Shown one piece after another: positions 50,351-62,510 of a DNA stretch of 64,000 bases (position 1 is its first letter; each line of letters starts with the position of its first letter). The DNA is taken from the NCBI RefSeq assembly GCF_004010195.1, contig NC_057728.1, positions 53,860,535 to 53,924,534 on the forward strand, in the 5' to 3' direction. Below the pieces are notes generated by a model. It made no database searches. It was not told the DNA's origin and worked only from the letters and a program-made list of their open reading frames with translations. This stretch comes from Chiloscyllium plagiosum (taxonomy: Eukaryota). A program made the position numbers and the translations under genes.

Positions 50351-52199
50351 ACAGGACAAAACTAACATTTGATTCCTATAGGTGAGGGCTGGGTGCAGTG
50401 ATCATTCATTGTCGATAAATTGTTGATGATAAACGTTGAAGTTTATTTCTGACCTGGAACGCAACTGCAGCTTCTAATTTTTTAATTTCTGTTCATTTTT
50501 GATGTGGATGAGTAAACATGTCTGTTCAGATCAGTTCGAAGTCCCCCCTGTTTGTGATGGTGGTCAAGGGCCTGCTGGTGCGTTTGTTCCTGTTGCGTAT
50601 CTCTGTGCCCTTTTGCATCGCAACATCAGGTGACAAAAACACCTTCGGTAGTTTTATAGTGAGGCTGTATGGGGAACATAATGAACAGAACATGTCCTTA
50701 GTAACTCACTCACAAAATGACTGCTTTGCATTCTCTTCCACACAGCGGGACATGGAACACTCCAGCGAGGAGGTTCATAGAATGACCTTCATTGAACCTG
50801 CTGGACTGACCTTGACCTATTCCCCAGACTGGAGAAAGACGGAGCCCCAGACCCTGATCAGCCAACTGACTGTGTCCTAGCCGCTGTACTGTTGCTGATA
50901 TGAGATTGACTGTACGTAGATTCCCAGACCAATGATAGTCTTCCTTGACTTGATGAAGGGCTATTCCCCTTTGACTTTGAAACACAGTCACTTGGTTGAA
51001 TCAAGTGCAGTGTGTTTGCCAAGTCAGCTGCTGGCACATGGTGCAGGTGGGAAATTGATGTAGCCACACAGAAAGATGCCCACTGTATTGATTGGTGGCA
51101 GCCATGACGAGATGTCTGGCTTTGTGTCTGCATCAGAAAGGTGAGACAAGACAGAAGTACTATGAGCCTTTAAGGTCTGGCTGAGGGGAGAAAGGTGCAA
51201 AAAGGCAACGCGGAGATGCTGCAAGCATCCAGGTAGTTGCAAAGGGTGCACTAAGAGAGAGCACAAGCAACCCTTGGATGGAATAAACACAAATTTAGAC
51301 TGGTCTGTACCATGAGTGGGATTCCTGACTCTGTGTACAAAGTGGCCCTCCCAGCGGCATTGCAATGAGAGATGCCAGTGCACTCCAAACTAAAACATAT
51401 TTTATGTGGACTGGAGATATGTCATGATGATACAATGAGCCTGGTACATGTCAGGGATGGCAGTGTCTGTGGGTCAGCTCCATGGGCTGCACAGTTGCTG
51501 CCCATGGAGCTGACCCTGTGATGTTGGTGCTAGAGATCCAGAGGAGCAAAGCAGTCAACTGGAATGGCTCTGACTTTCATGTTGGGAATTCTCAACGTCT
51601 AGTTTCTACTGAGAGGTTGGGAACAAATATATTAATGAGGAGAGACCAATAATGAGGGTGATAGTGAGTGATAATCCCTGTTAATAGGCCTCTCACTGCT
51701 CACTAGGTGGAAATCCAGGACTTGGCTGGTAAATGCGCCTTATTGGTCTCAGCATCGAGAAGGGTTTTGCTAAGCATCACATACAATTTTCTCAAATCCC
51801 TCACCATGACCAACATCGTTCAGAGTTTAGTTGCACTGACATAAATGTAGGAAGTTGGGATAATCAAATTGCACCCCTCGGGGACAGCTTGCTGATGAAA
51901 AGAAAAAAGATCTTTCAATTAGCTTCTCAAAAGTTGCCGTTGCTAATGAATTACTCTTGATGCACAGTCATTGGTGTAACAAGGGCAAACTCAGCAGGAC
52001 AATTCTCATACAGTGAGTGAATCTCTGAATCAACTCTTTCATGTCCTATATTGATTTGAACGGAAAAATGGATCCTGGCTAAATATTCCAAACTTCTTTG
52101 AAAATGAAATCTATATTTAAGAAGTGGAAATCTTTCTCCTATGTCTCTGTCATTCCCTCATTAATTTTTTTCCACCTTATGTACTTGGATCAGGGTGTG

Positions 52200-52425
52200 G
52201 TGCTGCTGTACTCAGGTCAGTGATCAGAAACCAGTGTGCTTGGGTCAGGGGGCAGAGCCTACTAAGCTCATGTTGGAGGTCAGCAGACAGGGCCCATTGA
52301 TTCAGGTCAGGGGTCAGAAACCTCCATAATTGGGTCAGAGGTCAGAGCCCTGTGCTCAGGTCAGGGCAGAGGTAGGGCACGGCCTGCTGTGCTCAAGTTG
52401 GAGGTCAGAGATCAGGACCAAAGGC
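52200..52425 (+). repeat. Degenerate minisatellite (about 28-30 bp unit) rich in RGGTCA
   Basis: Recurrent tgtgctcaggtcagrggtcagarcc-like units. Confidence 0.65.
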
Positions 52426-52924
52426 AGTTTTGGGAGATTGGGCAAGGAGCAACACCAGGGCCCTTGATTGTTAAAACCAAAACAGAGACTGCTGAGAAAC
52501 TCAACAGTATTTACAAAGAGAGAAGCAGAGTTAACGTTTGGAACACAGTGACCCTTCTTCAGATTTCTGACCCTAACTCTGTCTAGGACATTATGCTGAG
52601 GGACTCCTCTATTAACATCCTGGGGCTTATATGACTGACTTCCAACAATCACAATTATCTATCTCTATGCCTGGTATGACTAACCAATTGAGAGATTTCC
52701 CCGATTCCCCTTTGACTCCAGTTATGCTAGGGTTCCTTGATGCCATATTTGGTCAAATGCAGTCTTCATGTCAAGGGCAGTCGCTCTCACCTCCCCTCTG
52801 TAATTCAGCTTCTTTGTCTACATTTGAACCAATATGTTCAGAAGCTGATTGGGCCTGGCAGTACCTGGCGCACCCAAACTAGGTGTTAGTCAATAGAGTA
52901 TTGCCTTGCGTATACAATAACCCG

Positions 52925-53090
52925 TATACTTTATACACAGGGACATTTAAGCACTTGCTGGACATGCACATGGACAGTAGTGAATTGAGGGTGCGTAGGT
53001 AAGGTTATTTTGTTTTTCATTAGGACTAATCCTCGGCACAACATCGTAAGCCGAAGGGCCTGTTCTGTGCTGTACGTTTCTATGTTCTAT
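52925..53090 (+). mobile_element. CR1 3' tail fragment
   Basis: ggcacaacatcgt..gccgaagggcctgttctgtgctgta...tatgttcta. Confidence 0.75.
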
Positions 53091-53697
53091 ATCATTCTCA
53101 ATGGATGAGTGGAGCAGTGTTCCAGCTGACCACATGATGGCGACACTCAGCTCCTTCATAGGGATTGGGGGAATACACAGGAAGTAGGTCACTCAGCTCA
53201 AAAGGTCTCTTCACCATTCAGTAGCTGTCATGATTTTACTTTGCTGCCTATTCACTTGACTCCTTTGTAAATCAAAAATCTATCCAAATCACCCTTGAAT
53301 ATATTGAACAACCCATTCTCCAATAACTGAGTGAAAATAAATATTTCCTCATCTGAATCCCAAGTATGGGATCAAAGACTTTCAAACGGTGGCTCCTGGT
53401 TTCAGATGCCTCCATAATGCTACTCAGCATTAACCTTGTCAGGACCCCTCAGGATCTTATACATTTCAACGAGGTTATCTCCTACTTCTAAATTATAGAA
53501 ATACCAAAGAAATGCTGGAAATCAAAAACAAAAACAGAAATTGCTGGGAAAACTCAACAGGTCTGGCAGCATCTGTGGAGAAAAAGCAGTGTTAATATTT
53601 CAGGTGCAGTGACACTTTCTGAGATGCTTGTTCTGACAAATGGTCAATGGATCCAAGATGTTAACTTTGCTTTCGCTCCACAGATGCTGCCAGACCT

Positions 53698-54705
53698 AGA
53701 ATCATACAGTCATACTGTTGTACAGTTTGGACACAGATCCTTTGGTCCAACTCGTCTCTGCTGACCAGATATCCTAAATTAGTCTAGCCCCATTTGCCAG
53801 CATTTGGCCCATGTCCCTCTAAACAGTGGGTGGCACGGTGGCACAGTGGTTAGCACTGCTGCCTCACAGCGCCAGAGACATGGGTTCAATTCCCGCCTCA
53901 GGCGACTCTCTGTGTGGAGTTTGCACATTCTCCACATGTCTGCATGGATTTCCTCCGGGTGCTCTGGTTTCCTTCCACAATCCAAAAATGTGCAGGTTAG
54001 GTGGATTGGCCATGCTAAATTGCCCGTAGTGTTAGGTGAAGGAGTAAAAGTTGGGGAATGGGTCTGGGTGGGTTACGCTTCGGCGGGTTGGTGTGGACTT
54101 GTTGGGCCGAAGGGCCTGTTTTCACACTGTAAGTAATCTAATCTAAACCCTTCCTATTCATATATCCATCCAGATGCCTTTTAAATGTTGTAATTGTACC
54201 AGCCTCCACCACTTCCTCTGTCAACTCAATCCACATATGCACCACCCTCTGCATGAAAACGTTGCCCCTCAGGTCTCTTTTAAATCTTTCCCCTCTCACC
54301 TAGTTTTGGACTACCCCACCCCGGGAAAAAAGACTTTAGCTATTCACCCTATCCATGCCCATCATGATTTTATAAACCTCCATAAGGTCACTCCTCAGCA
54401 TCAGATGTACTGTGGAAAATAACCCCAGCCTATTCAGACTCTCCCTAGAGGCGAAAACCTCCAACCACATCACCATCCTTGTAAATCTTTTCTGAACCCT
54501 TTCAAGTGTAACAACATCTTTCCTGTAGCAGGGAGACCAAAACTGAACGCTGTATTCCAAACGTTGCCTTACCAATATCCTGTACAGCCACAACATAACA
54601 TCTGAACTACAATATTCAATGCACTGACCAATAAAGACAAGTCTTCTTCATTAACCTTCACTACCTGCGACTCCACCTTCAAGGAACTGTGAACCTGCAC
54701 TCCAA
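53698..54705 (-). mobile_element. CR1/HER1-like LINE 3' fragment hosting a SINE
   Basis: ORF 54336-54596 (LEYSVQFWSPCYRKD). Confidence 0.9.
53828..54146 (+). mobile_element. HE1-like V-SINE
   Basis: Full-length copy flanked by tctaaac on both sides. Confidence 0.92.
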
Positions 54706-55119
54706 TCTGTTGAATTTTCCCAGAAATATCTGTTTTTGTTTTCAATAACTACGAGCCCAACTTGCTCAACCTTTCTTCGGAAATATGGGCATCATTGTCC
54801 CCTGGCTTTGCTCCATACTGTGTTCCATCTTGTTATGTAACTGAGAAGTCCAGACGTTGCATAGCACTCGGATGATTTGCCTGCTTTGGCTGAAGAGCTG
54901 GATCAAGAATAAGGCCAGCAGCATTGATACATGGGTGAGGATGAGTTGGAGTATTGGAACGTAAAGCATGAGTGCAGAGTGCTAGGATCTCCTGGTGGGT
55001 GAATGGTGTGGATATTGTGATTGAGCTGCATATGAAGTTAACATGCTGGCAGGTAAGCAATGTCATGCAGAAATATATTAAATGACTTTAATCCTGAATG
55101 CATGGCCATGGCAAGACTT

Positions 55120-55650
55120 TTTTTTAATTCACTTGTGGGATGTTGGTATCACTGACTGGCCTGCACTTATTACCCATCCCTAGTTGCCCTTGAGAAGGTG
55201 GTGGTGAGCTGCCTTCTTGAATTACTGCAGTCCACCTGCTGTGGGTTGACCCACAATGCCCTTAAGGAGGAAATTGCAGGATTTTGACTCAGCGACACTC
55301 CGGGAATGGTGATATATTTCCAAGTCAGGACCGTGAGTGGCTCGGAGGGGAACTTGCAGGTGGTGATGTTCCATGTATCTGCTGCCCTTGTCCTTCCAGG
55401 TGGAAGCAGTCATGGATTTGCGGAAGGTGCAGTCTGAGAATCTTTGATGGATTGCTGCAGTGCATCTTGTCGATGTTACACACTGATACTACTGAGAGTC
55501 ATTGGTGGAGGGATGGAAAATTTGTGGATGTGGTGACAATCAAGTGGTGCTGCTTTGTCCTGGATGTTTGTTGAGCTTCTTAAGTGCTGTTGGAGCTGCC
55601 CCCATCCAGGCAATGGGGGAGTATTCCATCATGCCCCTGAGTTGCAGATG
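55120..55650 (-). mobile_element. Unclassified LINE 3' fragment
   Basis: Tail ggactgcag..ttcaagaaggcagctcaccaccaccttctcaagggcaactagggatggg, also seen near 27500, 43420 and 59560. Confidence 0.6.
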
Positions 55651-57269
55651 ATCGCTTGCCTCTCTTCTCCGGGTCCTTAGGCCCAGACATCATTGACCTC
55701 TCTGACCACGACAATTAAAGTCTCCAGTGGCACACCTATGACCCTGCAGTTCCCTCCCTACATTCCCGCAATTAGAATTGCAGCTGTCCCATTCGGCATC
55801 AGCCTCCTCCCATTCAGCGCAGCCCCTTTATTAAGGGACAGTCTACCTTCAAGGAGAGAATGATGTACAATGTGTTATCAGCAAACAGTGTTTGGGTCCT
55901 GGCAGAGCTGAGAGACAGCCAGCAGCAGGCTATAATTATTTAAATAGGGTAAAGCCCAAAGTGACATGCTGCCAAATGAAACTGGTCAGAACTCGTCTGA
56001 AATTATGACTCCCTGAGGCACAAATAGTGGCTCAAATCAGATTCAGGCCAAAGAGCCTGGGTTTCCTGGTTGCGGCACTGAAGACAGGTTCTGAGTACAG
56101 CCTCTAACAAACCCCTTCCTGATTCCATACATGTCCAGCAGATCTCCTCCTCTTAACCTTCAGCTAGCGCACTCCAAGAGGCTTTGCTGCACAAACTGCA
56201 CAGAGGCAACTTCCTAACGTTGCCTGACGTAAGCTGTGGATCATTCACGTCTGTGATGCAGCTGCGGGACATAATTTCTCTCTGCGCTGAACCAAGAAAC
56301 TGTCACAGATCTACCTTCTGTCGAAGTGGTGGGAGGGACACATTCAGGTGACATCTTCTAGCATCTGGAGAATGCTGTGAATAAACCAATAACAACAACA
56401 CAGAGAGAGGAAAAAACAGATGGAGAAAGCTCAGAGCTTTGAGGAGTTTATTTATCAGATAAAAGCGACCTGCCCACAATTCAACCCAGTTCAATTCCTT
56501 CATAAACTGTGTTGTTTTAATGGCTCGAATTAGTAAAGTGTCAGCTCAACTTTAATGAATTATCCTTTCAGAAGATAACGACAGCATTTCGGTTACCTCA
56601 GCAACTCTAATTGATGTTGGTGCATTCACTAATTAAAATGCATCATTCCTTGAGAGAGGAGGAAAAGATGCAGAGTGTGTTGTGCCAGATGACTGAGTGA
56701 ATCTTGCACACAGCCTGTGTTCCATTCTCCACAGATGACACTTGTGAACAGCGGAGGCTGTTGATTGGAAGCCCAGCTTTAATGTTGCAGGAGGGTTATT
56801 CACATAAATGAAGACAAACGGCAGCAATAACTTGGATTTATATAGCGCCCTTAATTTAATAAGACATCCCCAAGCACAGGGTAGTCAGAAGGCACAATTT
56901 ACTAGCTTGAGGGATGATATCAGTCATTAGAGAACAAAATTTAGCATGGGAGATGAAAACTATAGCTCTTCTCTCCCCTAAATTTCTATTTAATTTATGG
57001 GACATGAGCATTGCTGGCTGGTCCAACATTTATTGCCCATCAACAGTATGTCCTGGAGAAGGTGGCAGTGAGCTACCTCCTTGAATCATTGTGATGTAAG
57101 GGCACCCACAATGCTGGATGGTCGACAGTCCTGGTAAACAAGTTGGTGAGGTATTCATTGACCAATGTTTCCATTAAGAAAACCCATTGATGGTTCTTCA
57201 CACTTACTCCACATTACCAGTGAGTTATCTTTCACCGTTACCCCTGTGGACTGATGGGTGTTCTCTAGA

Positions 57270-57730
57270 TCTGATTCTTAACAATTTTTATCAATGTGCC
57301 AAAGAAGGGATTCTATCTGGATGTGTCATGGTCGGGTACAGCAAATGCTCCGCCCAGTACCATAAGAAACTACAGACAGTTGTGAACATAGCCCGATCCA
57401 TCATGCAAGGCAACCTTACATCCATTGACTCCATCTATACTTCTTTAATCAAAGAGCCCTCCCACCCCAGTTATAATCTCGTCCAACCTCTTCTGCAACA
57501 CATGCACCAACAGGTTCAAGAACAGCTTCTTCCCTGCCGTTACTGGACTTCTAAATGGATGTCTCAAATTTTAAATTTTAGGTTGATCTCATTCTTTATG
57601 CATCTTCTCTGCAGCCGTAACATTGAATTCTTTGCTTTGTTCAATTACCCTAATACACTTTGTAGGGTATGATCTGCTTGTACTGCACACAGAACAAAAC
57701 ATTCCACTGTACCTCAGTATATGTGACAAT
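57270..57730 (+). mobile_element. Rex1-like 3' end
   Basis: NFYQCAKEGILSGCVMVGYSKCSAQYHKKLQTVVNIARSI..LTSIDSIYTS. Confidence 0.8.
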
Positions 57731-57734
57731 AGTG

Positions 57735-58052
57735 AGGGCGGCACGGTGGCACAGTGGTTAGCACTGCTGCCTCACAGCACCAGAGACCCGGGTTCAATTC
57801 CTGCCTCAGGTAACAGTCTGTGTGGCGTTTGCACATTCTCCTGTGTCTGCATGGGTTTCCTCTGGGTGCTCCGGTTTCCTCCCACAGTCCAAAGATGTGC
57901 AGGTCAGGTGAATTGGCTGTGCTAAATTGCCCGTAGTGTTAAGTGAAGGGGTAAATGTAGAGGAATGGATCTGGGTGGGTTGCTCTTCGGAGGGTCGCTA
58001 TGGACTTGTTGGGCCAAAGGGCCTGTTTCCACACTGTAAGTAATCTAATCTA
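57735..58052 (+). mobile_element. HE1-like V-SINE inserted in the Rex1 tail
   Basis: Full-length copy; the Rex1 tail tcaaatcaaat resumes after it. Confidence 0.92.
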
Positions 58053-59029
58053 ACTCAAATCAAATGCATCCCCTGTTCTTTCCCTGCAGGCTTTTCATTC
58101 TCACACAGCAAGCATCCTATAAAATCCTAGGCCCTTCATATATTTGATCCCATTCCGGACATGACCATCAGAAAATGGAACATCACAGGAAGAGGCCATT
58201 CAGCCCAATGTACCAGAGCTGAGTCCTACTTGTTTTGTGTCTCAGAGCTCTGGATTTCTTTGCCTGTAAAGCATTTATCAGTTTTTTTAAAGTTACTACT
58301 CATCTGTTTCCACTCTCAGTTCTCTCCATCTCACTGGTTTTAATAATGTCCCCAGTTCATCTTATGTTCTTTTACTAACACAATAATCTAGGACTTAATC
58401 ATTTTTCATTACTTATTGCTTCAGAACAGTTCATGATTTTGAACTGACCTAACAGCATCTCTTAATGCTACCTAATCTAAGGAGAACAATCCCAACTTCT
58501 CCACACAAACCTCAATACCTCATCTCTTGTATTAGATGTGATGCCTGGGTACCAACCATTGGCGGCCTTTAGTGAGGTTTAAGATCATAATACACTTCAT
58601 TTAATGTTCTTCTTTCAAGTTGAACCCATCTCCCAACTCAGTTAATCTATTTCACAGCACATTTAGCATTTCTCAGTTGCTAGTATTAAGAATAACTACT
58701 CACCATTTGCAAATGATGGAGGTTGGTGCTCAACAGGCGTTAATATCTAAATCGGTGTTGATCACATTTAACATGAATGATGCAGATATTTCAAAATTGA
58801 AGTATAAGTATTCTCCCTCTTGGAGCATTGTTAATCTTGGAATTCTCTTTGCTGGAAGATAGGGGTCATTATTCAAGGCTGAGTTGGACAGATTTTTGTC
58901 TGACAAAGATTTATGAGACCATGATCTTATTGCCAGGCAGACTAGTCTCGAAGAGCCGAGTGGCCCAGTTCTGCTCCTAATTCCTATTTCTGCACTTGCG
59001 TGACTCAATAGACTGGTATAATTAATAAA

Positions 59030-59510
59030 AAGGCAGAATGGGTAAAATGCAGGAAGACACCGATAAGCTTGCAGAACTTGCATATATTTGGCAAATTAAT
59101 TTCAACATAGAAAAGTGTTAGGTATTACGTTTTACACAAGTGGTAAGGAGGAAGCACAATGTTTGGAGACTCGGGTAGTGGACTACAGGGGTCTGAGAGC
59201 ACAGATCCACAAATCCCTAAAAATGACAACATGGGATAATGAGGTCACAAGAAGCAGGTAGCACATGGGTTCTTTCTAGGGAACTAGACCTGAAAGGCAC
59301 AGCAATTACATTAAATACACATTGAAATTGTTCTGGAGAATAGTGGCATTGTTTCGGTCTCTATATTACAAAAAGCTTCCAGGGGCACTAAAGTAAGTGG
59401 AAAATGATTGACAAGGATGATACCAGAATTGAGAGAGTGCAACTTCTGAATGAAGATTGAAAAGACTGGGTCTCTGATCTCCACGGAAGAGAAGACCTGA
59501 TGGTAACTTG
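59030..59510 (+). mobile_element. Ancient CR1-like RT remnant
   Basis: WQINFNIEKC motif near 59088. Confidence 0.5.
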
Positions 59511-60458
59511 GCATTGTGGGTCAATGTATGGCAGGCGGATGCAGAAGTTCAAGAATGCAGGTCACCATCACCTTCTCAAGGGCAACTAGGGATGAGCAAT
59601 AAATGCTGCCCAGCAGCAACACCCACATCCCATAAATTAACAAAAAGAAAGATTATGGAAGCCTTTGGTACAGCTGACTGAGAGAAAATACTTTGACCTA
59701 TAGGGATGATTACGGCTTGAAGTCAGAAACAGTAAAAAAAACATAGCATTTGCTAAACAACCATGAATGTGTTGAGAATTATGCTAATAACCAATTTCAC
59801 ATTATTGCGTTGTATCGTGGCATGTATTGGAAGCTACACATACTGAAACACAGAAAGAGCAGATACACACATTGAGCCTGTTTCAACTTAACAAACTAGG
59901 TAACACACCCATTCTCTGCCTCATTTCCTTGGGGCAATGTGTTGACCATTCAGACTCAACTCGCCTGGTTTAAATTTAAACAAATCTCGGCAGCTAACTT
60001 TCAGTCACCATCTCAACGGTGCATTCTCCATGGCAACATGTCTACAAGTCAGTCCATTTGCCAACCTATCAGCACACATTTCATGGAGTTTTTTTATTTT
60101 TTTTATTCTGATGTCAATCTCACTGGCTAGAATTTATTGCCCACCGCGAATTGCCCACAGGGGAGTAAAGAGACAATTCCCTTGTTGTGGATCCTCCGAT
60201 ACTGCCTGACCTGCTGTGCTTTTCCAGCGCTACACTCTCAACTCTGATCTCCAGCATCTGCAGTCCTCACCTTCTCCTAGTTGTGGGTCTGGAGTCAGAT
60301 GTACATCAGACCAAGTAAAGACAACAGATTTCTTTCCCTAAAGGACATCAGTGAACTAGACGCATTTTTACAATAATTGGCATTGGTCACATGGTCACCA
60401 GATATTATATTTAATTCAAATTCAAGCTTATGTCCTTAGCCTGCCATTCTGAATTATT

Positions 60459-60865
60459 AGGAGAAAGTGAGGACTGCAGATGCTGGAGATCAGAGTCGAG
60501 AGTGTGGTGCTGGAAAAGCACAGCGGGTCAGGCAGCATCCGAGGAGCAGGAGAATTGACATTTCAGGCAGGAGCCCTTCATCAGGAATGAGGCCTGTATG
60601 CCGAGGGGATGGAGAGATAAATGAGAAGTGGGGGTGGGGCTGGGGGGATGGTAGCTGAGAGGGCGATAGGTTAATGGAGGCGGGGGAAATGGTGATAGGT
60701 CAGAGAGGAGAATGGAGCGGATAGGTGGGAAGGATGATGGACAGGCAGGACAGGTCATGAGGGCGGTGCCGAGTTGGAAGTTTGGAACTGGGATAAGGTG
60801 GGGCAAAGGGAAATGAGGAAACTGGTGAAATCCACGGTGGTGCCATGTGGTTGGAGGGTCCCAAG
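60459..60865 (-). mobile_element. Penelope family A 3' fragment (second fragment at about 60190-60280)
   Basis: Reverse complement of 46570-46900, including the hammerhead-like core. Confidence 0.82.
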
Positions 60866-62177
60866 GATTATTGGTCCAGTGACATTGCTACGATGCTACC
60901 ATTTCTGTCATATAAAATGGAGTTCTCCTTTACACTGGTATTCTGGTGAACGTCCTGATAATTGCAAAATGAAAAGCTTCAACAAAATGTATCTTTTTTC
61001 AACAATAAAAATGGTCACCAGTAAATCAAATAGGGAATTCAGAGAAAAATATGTTTATACAAGGAGTGGTGAGTATATGGAACAACTGCAGGAAGGTGGA
61101 CTCATAGAGTCACTTAAGGGGAAACTAGATAAACCCATAAGGGTGAAAGGGATAGAAGGAAATTCTGATGGGATAACTAAAAAGGTGTGGGGAAAGCATA
61201 AACACTGATGTGGATCCTTGTTGTAACTCAATGTAGTAATTAACAGTTTGGTTGTTTAAATTCGGTACTTCTTATATGTGGGTCAGTGTAGGTTTCAGGT
61301 AGGAAGGATATGCAATAATATTAAGAGACCCTTATGTCTGCAGGCCTCAGCTGAACATTCTTCCACATGGCAGGAATAAAATGCATGTCTTGAGGCCCCC
61401 AGTGCTGTCTTCAAGCACTGTCTCAGAGTAATCACCATGGCAACGCACATTCTGTCTGGCAACCCAACATTGGAAACCCTGGCAACGCAACACTTAAAGC
61501 CTTGGCAATCCAACATTCACCCTGGCAATGTAACACGTATGTCCAAGCAACCTGCAGCCAATCCAGCCCCAGAAACCCAGTAGCTCATCTACACTCACCA
61601 TGACAAAGCAGCACTCCCAGTCTAGGTAATCCAGCATTGGAGACTAGAAAGCTCAACCAAAAAAAATACTGCAACAACATGCGTTTGTAAAGCATCTTTA
61701 AAATAGTAAAACAATCCAGTGTGCCTTGAAGCCAAATTTGATACCGAGTCATGTCAGGAGATGTTAGGAAATGTGGCACAGTCTTTGTCAAAGAATATTG
61801 AGTGAGTTGGAGGGATTTCGGGAAAGAACTTGGAGATTTTATTGCCAAATGTGTGAATTTTTTCTTTATTCTCCATTTCTGGCTGGCCTAGTATTGGTGC
61901 CCATCCCTAATTTCCCATGAAATAATTGGCCTGCTAGGCCATTTCAAAGGATGGTTAAGAGACAAATGCATTGCCAAAAGGTCTGGAATCATATGGAAGA
62001 CAGACCAGGTAAGGTTGGCAGATTTCCTTCCCTAAAGGATATGAATGAATCAGATGAGTTTTGCGACAGTGGTTACCATTACTGACATTAATTCCAGATA
62101 TATTAATTAATTTAAATTCTACAAGGTGCCGTAGTGGGATTTGAACCTGTGTCCTCGAAGCATTTGGCCTGTACTTG

Positions 62178-62510
62178 GGAGGCACAGTGGTTCAGTAGTT
62201 AACACTGCTGCCTTCACAACACCAGGGAGCCAGACTCTGTTCCAGTTTTGGCTGACTGTGTGGAGTTTGCACATTCTCCCCATGTCTGTGTGGGTTTCCT
62301 CCAAGTGCTCTAGTTTCCTTCCACAGTCCAAAGATGTGCAGGTTAGGATGGATTGGCCATGCTAAATTGCCTATCATGTCCAGGGAGGTGTAGGCTAGAT
62401 GGATTAGCTATGGGAAATGGGGAGTGATGATTATTGGGATAGGGTGGGGAGCTGAGTGGGGTACTCTTCAAAGGGCTGAATGGCCTCTTTCCACATTGTA
62501 GGGATTCTAT
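62178..62510 (+). mobile_element. HE1-like SINE, older copy
   Basis: Core ctgtgtggagtttgcacattctcccc. Confidence 0.82.

Larger units (their letters stand above)
53508..54745. mobile_element. Older Penelope-like fold-back (family D) split by a CR1 insertion
   Basis: Arm aaaaacagaaattgctgggaaaactcaacaggtctggcagcatctgtggag. The inverted arm breaks at 53697 and resumes near 54708. Related pieces lie near 27320, 35200, 37155, 38250 and 52475. Confidence 0.65.
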
